A program made the position numbers and the translations under genes. A model generated the notes under the pieces. That model searched no databases. It was not told where the DNA came from and worked only from the letters and a program-made list of their open reading frames with translations. A stretch of 63,744 bases of DNA, counting the filler, from Reticulomyxa filosa (Eukaryota; Protista; Foraminifera), in the NCBI GenBank assembly GCA_000512085.1. It is 19 parts of 19 records of this genome, joined end to end, with 100 filler letters (N's around TTAATTAATTAA, not from the genome) between each part and the next. Parts side by side here need not be neighbours in the genome. Positions count along the whole stretch, not along the records: positions 50,932 to 56,204 come from ASPP01011517.1; positions 56,305 to 60,497 come from ASPP01019928.1; positions 60,598 to 63,744 come from ASPP01022949.1; 16 more parts are not named here. The stretch is one strand, 5' to 3'. Shown piece after piece: positions 53,460 through 63,744 of the stretch. How positions within the stretch are numbered: the first letter of the stretch is position 1; each line of letters starts with the position of its first letter.

Positions 53460-53995
53460 ATTTGTGATAACCGAAGACTACATAGAAACTCTGGTAAGTG
53501 ACAGAGCTACTTTCAAAAAGTTTAATCACTTGTGCATCAACAACATAAATTAAAACGATAAATAAAAAATATATTGCATTATAAACTTAATTGAAAAGAT
53601 CACTCATCTAGAAAATATTATTGTATACATCAATATGTGATTTTGCGTGTGGTCAAAGACTTGAATAATTAATGATACCATTATTATGTATCGATGCCAA
53701 AGTATTAATGTTTGCATTTGATTTGACAGCAAAGCAATTTTTACATTCTATGAAGATTGTATCGAAATTTGATGAAAGAAAACAAAGTAAGTCATTATCT
53801 TTTTTTTTTATTTTTAAAGAAATAATGATTATTTGTAGAATTACAAATACCTTTTAGAAAAGAAATAATGTTGTGTGCATATTTGCAAACTTAAAAAAAG
53901 TTGTTTAGCCATTCCTAGTTTAATGAAATATGATTTGTTTGATTTCCAGATACGTATAAACATCAATTGACAACTCATGCTAGATTCTTACGCAA
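53460..53995 (+). pseudogene. Spg1/Tem1-like small GTPase pseudogene
   Basis: EDYIETLG|gtaagt (G2), MIPLLCIDAKVLMFAFDLT (compare MLPLVCNDAVAILFMFDLT) and PFLV..KYDLF (G4), with stops and frameshifts. Confidence 0.7.
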
Positions 53996-54574
53996 TTTAA
54001 CAAAAGTGGCCATTTTTGGAGTGAATCTAAAAGTGTGATCGATTTAGTGGCACTTTTTGAGAATAAAGCATGAAATTTCAACCTCTGACATTATAAACGG
54101 CATTTTTTAAAAGTTTTGTTGTAACATGTTCATTAACAAAAAAATATCAAAATTATATAGCCTTTGGATAGTGAGCATGAACTAAAGTGTGTAGAAAGAA
54201 GGGAATTCTGTTTTGTTCCTATTTAACTTAGGCGTTGCAACAAAAATTTTTCTCCACAAGTGATGAAAAGTAAGATATGATTATGTTTGGAATGTATTTC
54301 CACCAAAAAGCATGTACATTTTGTTTTGTAAAAAGCTATAGAGATAATTTTGGAGTCTATTAAAAAAATTTAGAGCCAAAAATATGTGTAGATGAAGGTA
54401 ATATTTTTTGTATGCATAGAAAGAGAAAAGAATGAAAAGGAGATATCAAAATATCAGCTAATCTTTTGTATCATTGCTGTACACTTTTCACAGAAAAAAC
54501 AAACAAACAAAAAAAAATATATTGTACATACAAATCTATACATTTTTTTAAAAAAATGACAATAATGACTGCTA

Positions 54575-55624
54575 TCAGTTATATTCTTGAACTTTGTACA
54601 AGAGATAAACGCCAATGGCACTGAAAAAGCAATGACAACAACGACAAGTAATGCGATAGAAAGAAGTGAACTTGCCAAAGGTGAACAAAAGACAGAGCGA
54701 GTTGATGATGAGGTCCAAGATGAAGCCCAAGGTCCAAAGGGTGAAGATATAAACGACCATATTGGTGATAGTGGTCAAAACCATGGTCCAAGTGACGACA
54801 TTGACCCGAACGAGCAAGTTGTAAAGAATCGAGTTGACCGCAAGTTCTTTGGCTTTGTTGGAGCTGATGCGGGATACGTCCGAAGGAAAAGGTAAAGGGG
54901 CATTAGGGACCAAAGTAGTTTGTTGACGTATAATATGACTTTCCACCGTATACCAATGTTGCTGTCTGGCCAACACAATAAGTGGTTTCATAAACAAATA
55001 AAGCAATACTACATTAACAAACATATCCATCGCTGCAAACGTCACTGTACACCAAATGGGATACTTTACCACACAAAAGTACTTATCACTATTCTTCCCC
55101 TTTGATATCTTCTCGCGCTCATACGCGATGCACATTAGAGTCACTTCCGTAATCAGACATCCTGTCACCACTGAGTGCAAGGTGGCGAGTAACCAAGGTT
55201 TGTATGCGTACGCACTCCCGGAAAACGAACTTTGCAGACGTAACGTCAAACACTCGTAAATGAAAAATTTGTGCACAAAGTAGCCCACTGCTGGAGCCCA
55301 TAGACCGATCTTACAGTTGAACTCGTAGTTACTTGACAACTGGTGATAGGACCCCATCGCCAACCCCATGTACAACAACGCACTTAACATTGCACACAAA
55401 GTCAACACGTGACTGATTGTCTTATACGTCTGCTTTCTCAATATTGCACATCTTACACATCTTTCAAACGGGTGCTGGTTGTCGGCTGACGTCATTTCAA
55501 TGTCGTCGCGGTTCCAAAAGGACAGAAACAGTAATAAGGTCAGCACTATAATACATATGCCCACCCAATAACAAGTAAACAAAATATCTTCTCCTTTCTC
55601 GCTTCCACTACTTAATGAGATCAT
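54575..55624 (-). CDS. Intronless seven-transmembrane GPCR-like protein
   Basis: Seven hydrophobic helices, Cys at the top of TM3 (FNCKIG) and in ECL2 (YFCVV), a long ICL3, and a helix-8-like FTSFYRITCRCCHC. ATG at 55624. Confidence 0.72.
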   Translation of the reverse strand: MISLSSGSEKGEDILFTCYWVGICIIVLTLLLFLSFWNRDDIEMTSADNQHPFERCVRCAILRKQTYKTISHVLTLCAMLSALLYMGLAMGSYHQLSSNYEFNCKIGLWAPAVGYFVHKFFIYECLTLRLQSSFSGSAYAYKPWLLATLHSVVTGCLITEVTLMCIAYEREKISKGKNSDKYFCVVKYPIWCTVTFAAMDMFVNVVLLYLFMKPLIVLARQQHWYTVESHIIRQQTTLVPNAPLPFPSDVSRISSNKAKELAVNSILYNLLVRVNVVTWTMVLTTITNMVVYIFTLWTLGFILDLIINSLCLLFTFGKFTSFYRITCRCCHCFFSAIGVYLLYKVQEYN

Positions 55625-55867
55625 CTGAGCTGAACGGGAGTCAATCAATTTCAATTTTTAAAAAAGTCTTTCCATACATTTTTTGTTACAGACGTTCACC
55701 ACGTACTTATCTCAAGCAATTTTGCCTATATTCTTAAAAGGAAGTAATAGTTTGATCTACTGTGAAAAATAAATTAAATTCCTTAAGCAAAAGCAAGCTA
55801 TGTAGAACGAACTTCGTGTGTGAAGCCCCCAAATCAATATCTATCTGTCTCTTCATAAAATTGAAAG

Positions 55868-56070
55868 ATGACGCAGCTATCAAAAATTGAAGATGAAAAG
55901 AAATCAGATATACAAACAGACTGGAAATTATTGAGCTGGGGATTCAAGGATTGCGTGTATACGCCATGTTACTGTGAAGAAAACGTGTGGAAAATGTGTG
56001 AAAAAGCGAAGAACGAAAGCTACAATCTGGACTACTTTTATGCCGTGTTTATATCCAACCGTGACAAAAG
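55868..56070 (+). CDS. NTAQ1: Protein N-terminal glutamine amidohydrolase, exon 1
   Basis: DCVYTPCYCEENVWKMCE...FYAVFISNRDK matches the NTAQ1/WDYHV1 signature CYCEEN...YAVFISN. An intron and the contig end follow. Confidence 0.88.
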
Positions 56071-56168
56071 TGTAACAAAGACAACAGATTTTCCTCAAAG
56101 GGAGGGAGGGGAGGGATAGATGGAGAGAAAAAGAGGGATGAGCACAGAGCATAAAGCAAATATATACA

Positions 56169-56204
<36 letters not shown>

Positions 56205-56304
56205 NNNNNNNNNNNNNNNNNNNNNNNNNNNNNNNNNNNNNNNNNNNNTTAATTAATTAANNNNNNNNNNNNNNNNNNNNNNNNNNNNNNNNNNNNNNNN
56301 NNNN

Positions 56305-56721
56305 TCAATTGAAAGTAACTGCTTCTTGGGCTCTACGGAAGGCTTTAATGATTAACTGTGGGTACACACCGTCTTCGATAAATGCTTTTGCTTGCTTCAG
56401 CAACTTTGCAGCGATAATGGCCACCGATGTCGTGCCATCGCCAACTTGATTATCTTGGGCAATTGCAATGTCGAAAATCATTCAAAAAAAAAAAAGGACA
56501 ATGTCCAATAAATCAATTATTGTTCGTCCGTCATTTGAAATTGTCAAATTTCCATTTTGAGTGTAAATCAATTTGTCCATTCCTCGAGGACCCAATGTCG
56601 TTCGCACAATTTCAGACACTGTTTGACAGGCGTTGATGTTGTGAATTACATGATCTTTTCCTTGAGCTTGTTCACTTCCATCTTTTAGTAATAAAATTGT
56701 TGGTTGCACTAAGTGAGACAT
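56305..56721 (-). CDS. CCT7: Chaperonin TCP-1 subunit eta, 5' part; carries an in-frame TGA (divergent copy, pseudogene or assembly error)
   Basis: [17 protein letters not shown]...[25 protein letters not shown]...ISNDG, then [17 protein letters not shown]...[18 protein letters not shown]. Confidence 0.82.
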
Positions 56722-57099
56722 TATTATTGCCACTGGGGAAAAAATGGAAGGTGTCAGAAAAGGAATACCAAAACAAGAAAATGCAAGGGGGGGGGGGAGG
56801 GGAAGAAACTGTGTTTTGTAACCTTGTTTGTTGTTTCGAATTGTACAAACACAAATTAAAACAGAAATATGTATAGATTTGCAAGAATTTCATGTGAGTA
56901 TTTTTTTAACGTGAAGTCGTGTTAAAGAGGATCAAAAGTGCAAATACAATTGTAGAAAAATTATCTCAAAAAGCTGATTAAAAAAATGTACTCTTTTTAT
57001 TATTGGCCCTTCATTCATGTATCGTCACACAAAAAGCAAGTTAAGTTTTTTCATTAAAAAAAAAAACGATGACCATTGTTAAAATCACTTTAAAAGTTA

Positions 57100-57720
57100 G
57101 ATTATATTTTTACTTGTACAACAAACCATCAGTAGTTTCTTTACATAGTTTATATTGCTTCCAGCACTTTGAAATTGTCATTTCAATTAGTGTACGTAGC
57201 CATAATCCTCTTAAGGAACTATCGGATCACTGCTTGTACCTCTTCTCATATTGATTGTTGTTGGGTGTTGCAAACTTGAGTTTGAACATTGCAAACCTTG
57301 ATCATACGATCATCGCTTGGGGCCATTCTTTATGATGGGCCTTTTTCACAATGTTCTGGCTCCACGTCTATCATGTGTGTTGGATAACATGTACATATAT
57401 CTGATAATTGCTTGTTATTCTGCTGGATTTATGTTGCATCATATCTCTGTATTTATGTAGCAAATTTTTCATGCGTAAAAACATACCAGATTATTCCAAG
57501 ATATTTTTTCACACTATTCGTAATGAATTGAGATTACATACGCTGCTTCGTGTTATGAATGGCCATTGGTTGGATGCTGCTATATAACTGTTTGCTGATA
57601 GGTCTAAAAAAACGTAGCAAGTGTTGTTTTTGTTGCTGATAAATGTTAAAAATTCAACCGCTCCACTAAAATGAGACATTAAAATCAGATTATTGTTAAC
57701 ATTCTAGCATCATATTCAAG
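57100..57720 (-). mobile_element. Highly degraded LINE RT C-terminal/thumb remnant
   Basis: LSATKTTLATF resembles RT domain 6 (xKT), followed by NSVKKYLGII resembling domain 7 (KYLG). Many stops. Confidence 0.45.
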
Positions 57721-58138
57721 ATTTCGCCTGAAACAAGTTGAATTAAAATGTGATGAATTTTTGTCTCGTTGCAAGCTTCTAACCCTTAGAAACTAACTTG
57801 TTAACCTGACTCTTAAAGAAAACAACTTTTGTAGAAAGTTCTTCGTCACTGGTAATATTATCTGTAATAATTGATTCATTTCTCCAGTGGAAGTGTAGAC
57901 AAACAACGCAAAACGAAACAAATGGTTGATTGTAGAAATGAAAATTAGTATCTTTCTTAACATTTTGTATTTTTAAGCAAACGTTAACCAAGCTGTTAAT
58001 TGATAGTATAAGTTAATAATTGTTTGAGTAGAGTTTTTTCTTTTAAGGGGCCAAGGGGTTTCTTTTTTTGTTTGCTTACCTTTTTTTAGTTTGTTGTCTT
58101 TGTTTTTGCTCGTTGTTACTTGAAGTGGAAAAAATAAG

Positions 58139-59383
58139 ATGTTATTGAGCGCACTTGCATTAACTTTTGTATTAGCGGCACAATTTGCAAAGGGTCAAAA
58201 CAGTTGCCCACTCTTTGGAACTACCGCACCATCAGTGGATGGCACTAATAACTATGTTACTGACTATTTTAACGGCCTGTTGCTCTTCACGTATGCGATA
58301 AACAAATGCACGGCAACAGATTTGGTCTCAACTAATTTATGGTACAAGTATGCATGCACAAAGAATGGAGATGTTTGGAAAGTCACTAAAACCGTTAAGA
58401 ATTTTTTTTAAATGGGTTTTTTTAATACGTATAAAAAAAATAACAATAACAATAACAATAGGAATACACTGATGACCAATGCAGTACAACCGGAACTCAG
58501 GTTGCCTCATGGAACAAAGGAGACGCGGTTGAAGGTTATCAAGGAGACTTTCAGTGCTCAGGATTGAACAGCTATGTCAAAGTTGAAGTATCGCCTGTTG
58601 GCAGCTGTGCGGTCACGCAAATTATCTATGCCGGCTTAGGTGGCTGTACTTTCAACTCTTTAAGTGGAAACTCAATTTCAACCAAGTTAAATTGTGAATT
58701 TTGTGGTGGAAAAAGGGTGTGTTCAAAAAAGTTGAAGTGGTTCTTTTTTGTTTGAAATAGATTCTATTGCGACAGCGACAAGGCTTTAGTCGAAGTATTC
58801 CTAACCCATGCTCCTTCCCGTCGTATGTTAGCCTCCACAACAGGTATTGACTCAACAACCTACTTGGAATCGTCCTCAAGCTATTTGGAAGCGTCTTCAA
58901 GCTATTTGGAATCGTCCTCAAGCTATTTGGAAGCGTCATCAAGCTATTTGGAATCGTCCTCAAGCTATTTGGAATCATCAGAAATTGAAAGCTCAACTGG
59001 TTCTCCTGAAACAACTGCTGCCGCTACCACTACTGCCGTTACCACAACTACTGCCGTTACCACAACTAGCGCTCCTTTGCTTTGTAACTCAAATTTGTAT
59101 TGCAGCGCCTGGACATTTGACTCGAGCTGCAAAAAGATTCTCACTTTTGCTGTTGGTAGCAGTGGTGTCGATATTTACGGAAAAGTTAAAAACAATATTT
59201 AAAAATTTTATGAACTTATAATTTAAAATCGTTTGTTTTGTATAGCTTGATGAGTGCACCATCCTTACTGCAGAACAAACTACAGTCGTTGACAACAACA
59301 ACAACAACAGCAGCGCTTCCTCACTGTTTGTTATTACTAATTTGGCCGTAGCCATTGTGGTTACCTTGTTTTCCTTGTTTTAA
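58139..59383 (+). CDS. Secreted Cys-rich, Ser/Thr-rich surface protein with a probable GPI signal (4 exons; introns 58394-58461, 58686-58760, 59185-59245)
   Basis: Signal peptide MLLSALALTFVLAAQFAKG. All three GT..AG introns splice in frame. C-terminus NNNNNSSASSLFVITNLAVAIVVTLFSLF*. Confidence 0.85.
58861..58980 (+). repeat. Coding minisatellite, 21-nt unit, about 5.7 copies (YLESSSS/YLEASSS)
   Basis: TATTTGGAA(T/G)CGTCxTCAAGC units alternate S and A variants, giving a 42-nt higher-order period. Confidence 0.95.
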
Positions 59384-60597
59384 ATAAGGAGTGGAAGTTT
59401 TTTTTGCGTGTAAAGGTCTTTTCAAGTGATGATTTTTTCCACCATTTTTCAACTTTTTTTTTTTGAGTGATTTTGTAAAAATCTCTGATCAATTTGTTGA
59501 AATAACTGGCCATTTTTTTTGTTAAAATTCGAATTTCCGAGATTCCGTTTAAGGTCCAGATTGTACAAAGATGCGGTTTCTCGTATTTTACGGAAACATC
59601 CATGTGGACACTTTGATCGGTCTATGCAAATAACTAGTTCCTAACTAGCCGCAGTTTAAAGTGTTCCACACAAATCATTTTATTTACAAGTAATATTATA
59701 TACAACTTTTCAACGATACAGCTTTTGAATTTACGACATTTAGAGCAGAAAATTTTATGAATAGAACTGCGCCTGAAGTAATAGCAAATTGTACTGATCA
59801 CTGATCTAGTGCAATAGATTTATTTACATTATGACAACATTTTTTAAAAAGATAGTTTTTATTTTGTTTATTCTTTGGATTATTCAGCAAGAACCCTGTA
59901 CGATTAAGTAAGTAGCGAGATTTTTTTGTAAAAATTTGAAATTCACACATCATTTATAATTAAGTATTGATAGAAATGACTGTTGTCACGTGTCCTTTGA
60001 CGTGCTCAGGATTGATGTTGTCAAAAAGTGTACTATTAAAAAATCAGATTAACATTTCGAATATGCAAAGATCCTTTGTTGTGACGTTCATACTTTTTTG
60101 TAACAAACGCACAGTTCTTGTTTTATTTTTTTCATTTGTGGCTTATCTTTATTTATCACTTTCTTTTCTTGAAGACTAAACTTTTTGATGTCTGACATCC
60201 TCAGTGATGTTGCAGGATAAGGTATTAGAAAGTAAAGTACGGATTGAATGCCACACCCTTTCCTCAATCTTCTTCACTTACTTTTCTAAATACCTTTTTT
60301 TTCTCTGTTAAAATTTGCTCAAAAGAAACTGCTCATATCACAATGAAGCTTTAAGTTTTCTAACAGGCTGTAGAGAACCTGGAGCGAAAAAACACGTTTT
60401 AAGAAAGTGAGAAGGCGTTTTTGGAAATTAAATTAAAACGAAAACAACTTTGTATATTTGAAGTCATACTGACTCCATTGTGACGTGAGTAGTCTCANNN
60501 NNNNNNNNNNNNNNNNNNNNNNNNNNNNNNNNNNNNNNNNNTTAATTAATTAANNNNNNNNNNNNNNNNNNNNNNNNNNNNNNNNNNNNNNNNNNNN

Positions 60598-60768
60598 ATT
60601 CGATCAAATAAAAATGAATTGTATGTGATCAAAGGAGATGAAAAAGATAATGGAATAGAGTCTCTTAAATTTATATCATTAAAAAAGAAGGAAAAAGACA
60701 ATGGAAAAGGAAATGATTTTAATTTATGTTTTGGTTCAGCGACAGGCAATATTCGTGTTTGGGGATGA
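60598..60768 (+). CDS. WD40 protein, C-terminal fragment
   Basis: IRSNKNELYVIKGDEKDNGIESLKFISLKKK...NLCFGSATGNIRVWG* is paralogous to the end of the 13182 gene. Confidence 0.8.
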   Translation: MRSNKNELYVIKGDEKDNGIESLKFISLKKKEKDNGKGNDFNLCFGSATGNIRVWG

Positions 60769-61431
60769 ATACAAGTGACGAAAAGATATTGATACAAGTT
60801 TATTTTCCATTTTTCAATTATTTATTCATTTTTTTTAGATCAAATCCATATGATATGACATAAATTAGAGGATAAAAAGAAATCAACAATATTATTACTT
60901 GAAATTGTTGTAAGAGTTAGATATCATTGTTGAATTACTTTTGATATTTTGATTTATGAGAAGCCATTCTCGCTTCTTCTTTATTAAAAGGGACTAATTG
61001 AAGTGAAAAAAACTTATGCCTAAAAACATGGTTGTGTATACTAAATCAAATTTTACTCTCAAAATGAGCGAAAGGAACGTTATTAAAGTACAACCCATCT
61101 TTTGTAACTTGTTTTTATTTTTCACCACTCAAAAAGCAACATCTAATAAGGGTGAATATCAAGGTGAATTTGTTTTTATGCTTTTGTAGAGTATATGACA
61201 TGCCGGTGATAAAGTTCGTAAAACTGCTACATTTAATTTTGGGAAAAAGAGGAAAAAACATTAAAACAAGACGAAACAAGCAAAAATTGAAATTGAGGGA
61301 AGACAAAAAGTGAGGTCTATTTCAAAAATAATTCTTTTTGTTTCAGGGTGCACAATATGAAAAGATGAGTTTCTTATTAAAAAAAACCAACAAGGAGTGA
61401 AGGCAAATGAAGGACAGCGATGGAAAAAACT

Positions 61432-63744
61432 TTACAAATGAAGAATGTTGTAAATGTTGTCAATATCTTGAGTGTGAACGTGTTCGAGATCGCGTATTCT
61501 CCTTCCTGCCTTTTTTAAATCTTTCTCTGCTTCTTGCCCTTTCCATATCACGTTCTTTTTCATTGTCTTCACGTTTCTTTCCACCTTAATTTGTAAATGG
61601 ACACAAATGTAACAAAGCAATCCAATGGATAAGATGAGAAAGAAAGTAGTTATAGAAAAAAACATATACATACGTATATGTACATATATCGTAAGAAAAA
61701 AAAATAGCAACAAAACTTTCGGCCAAAAGTCTTGTTGTGCGGCCATTTTTATTCGTATGGCTAATGACAACTAGACTCGGTTGTGTTTTGGAATATGAGG
61801 ACTCTTTTTCTTTGTGTTTGTCCTTCACAATTACATTTTCATTGACTGTGTGAGATTGTTGATAATGCGACGTATCGTTAGATTTCGAGTTTGGATGGTC
61901 CGTGTTAATATCAGACCTTTCTTTTTTTTTCTATTTTTTTCTTTGTCTTTGTCTTTGCTCGAGACAATTCGATTTCTGTGGCTATCTTTATTCTTGTTCT
62001 GTTTTTGTTGCTTTTCACTATCACTCGCTTTTCGATTGTATTTCTTCACTTTTTTGTTTGGTTGCTGCTATTTGTTATTTGTTTGTTTACATTATAAATA
62101 TCATTTATCTAAAAAAAAGAATATATACATATATGTGCATATATAATTTTTCTTATTCTTTCAACTAAACATGCTTTTTAGTTTTTTTTAATTTAATTCG
62201 TTTGGTTTTAGTTCTACTCCGACTTGTGCTTCTATGTCTGTTTTTGTTTTTGTTTCTGTTCCTATTTCTGCTTTCACTTCTGCTCCTACTCCTGCCTCTG
62301 CTTTTGCTTCGTTTCCTACTTCCGCTTATGCTCCTGCTTCTTCTGCTCCTGCTCCTACTCCTAGTCCTGGTTCGACTTCGATGGTCTCCACTGTTGTCAC
62401 TACTTTCTTCTTCGTCACTTGGAAAGCTGTCTTGTGAGCCCTCCCTCCCGTGGTTGTTATCGGAACTCGTCGAAGCGGCGGCTGTGGATGAGGCATCGCT
62501 GCTGCTACTTTCGTTGCTCACTTCACTCCCACTGCGACTGTCGCTTCGTTCGTGTGTATTTTTTTGTCGACGCTTTTTCGTTTCGTACTTTCGTCCGCCT
62601 CGTTTCTTTTCTTTCGTGCCATATGCCGCATCGATCATCAATTGCGCTAATACACGAGCTTGCTCCATCGACAACTTTGCTCTTGTCGCCGCTCCTGCTC
62701 CTGCTCCTGCTCCTATTCCTAGTCCTAGTCCTAATCCTGGCGCCATTGCTGGAGACATTGTCGCATTGGCATTGGTCCCGTGTTGTTGTTGTTGTTATTA
62801 TTATGATTGTTATTGATGTGACTGTTGCTATTCGTAACATTGTTGTTGTTATTACTGTTATGATCGTTGCCATTGACATTAGCCTTGTTGTTGTCCATTG
62901 CGTCTTCGTGATTGGCATTTATCCTAATGTTATTGTAATGTTTGTTGCTGCGACTATTGAAACGCGTGTCATTACTATTGGCCCTGTGATCCACGCGGAG
63001 ATCGCCAAAGGTACCATTATGATTGATCCATTGGGGGTTGACATTACCAATCAAATTCTTATGACCGTGGTTATGGTTATGGTTATGGTTATGGTTGTTG
63101 TTGTTGTTGTTGTTGTTGCTAATGGCCTTGTTATGATGGAGCTCGCTGGCTTGCAATTCCCCAAGACTTATCGACTCTATCAACCGCGGTTCAATATTGA
63201 ATTCACGTGGCTGTGTTCCCAACGGCATATTATTATTGTCCACCAATTTCACTCTTCCATCGAACATTGCGAGTCTGTCTCTGCCCCTGTTCATGGGCAC
63301 TCTCATATTCATGTTCATGTTCATGTTCATACCCGTTACGTTTGCCATATTCGTTACATTTGCCATATTTGCTGCATTCGCTACATTCGCCATATTTGTG
63401 TGCATAGCCGTGTTGGCGTTGCCATTTGTGTGAATGCTCACTCCAAGTGTCGGCTGAAAATACTCGACCGTGCCACGAGCGGGCGGAGCGGAAGAGTTGA
63501 CCGAAGGCATCGACGACAAAACCCTGGCTGTCGGCCGTCCCAATCCAACTCCGTGTTTCATTGCCATCGGAAAGGAAAGATGCGACGAGGACAGCTGGGG
63601 TAAAGATGGCCCACGAACGATTGCCGGCGATGGGACCAATGTTGCGGTTGGGGGTGGCGGCACAGACTGTAGTAACGATGGAGAATGCAATAACTGCGAT
63701 TGTAACTGAGGCTGTTGAAGTTGTTGTTGTTGTTGTTGTTGTTG
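61432..63744 (-). CDS. Large low-complexity protein with Q/P-, N/H-, G/A- and RS-rich regions (SR-like); multi-exon, 5' truncated
   Basis: Poly-Q/N tracts, NMANV repeats and RSRTRTRSRSRSRRSRSISGSRKRSKSRGRSRSRSESR. A 1-nt slip in the AAC run at about 62781 joins the 62731 and 62165 ORFs (NNNGTNANATMSPAMAPG). Confidence 0.6.

Noticed and set aside
25731-56070. Ubiquitin/immunity gene cluster (U-box, WWE, TRAF, RNF213-like, NTAQ1)
   Set aside because: Each gene lies on a different unlinked contig, so adjacency is artificial.
62202-63603. Leu/Val-rich plus-strand ORFs resembling membrane proteins
   Set aside because: Antisense translations of the RS/Asn-rich minus-strand gene. The ORFs at 33179, 39234 and 4832 have the same explanation.

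Overview
This window is not one locus. It is 19 unrelated draft contigs joined by 18 identical artificial 100-nt spacers (N44-TTAATTAATTAA-N44). Eighteen contigs are AT-rich, intron-containing eukaryotic DNA. Their expanded WD40, Kelch-like, TRAF/RING and TPR families, many pseudogenes and homopolymer frameshifts suggest a rhizarian/foraminiferan such as Reticulomyxa filosa (inference from family recognition, not a database hit). One contig (49742-50831) is GC-rich bacterial DNA encoding a polyol/sugar ABC substrate-binding protein. Recognisable eukaryotic genes: an RNF213/mysterin-like giant AAA+ fragment, a UFD2/UBE4-type U-box protein, NTAQ1, CCT7, an OMS1-like methyltransferase, two protein kinases, a DAO/sarcosine-oxidase-like flavoenzyme, a 7TM GPCR-like protein, a WWE-like protein missed by the ORF track, a GPI-type surface protein with YLESSSS repeats and an SR-rich protein. 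There are also pseudogenes (DnaJ, RluA, Spg1/Tem1, WD40, Kelch), three LINE remnants and an unnamed dispersed hairpin repeat. The most interesting items are the RNF213-like gene, the repeat that brackets a LINE remnant in inverted orientation, and the register-preserving poly-T replacement in CCT7.
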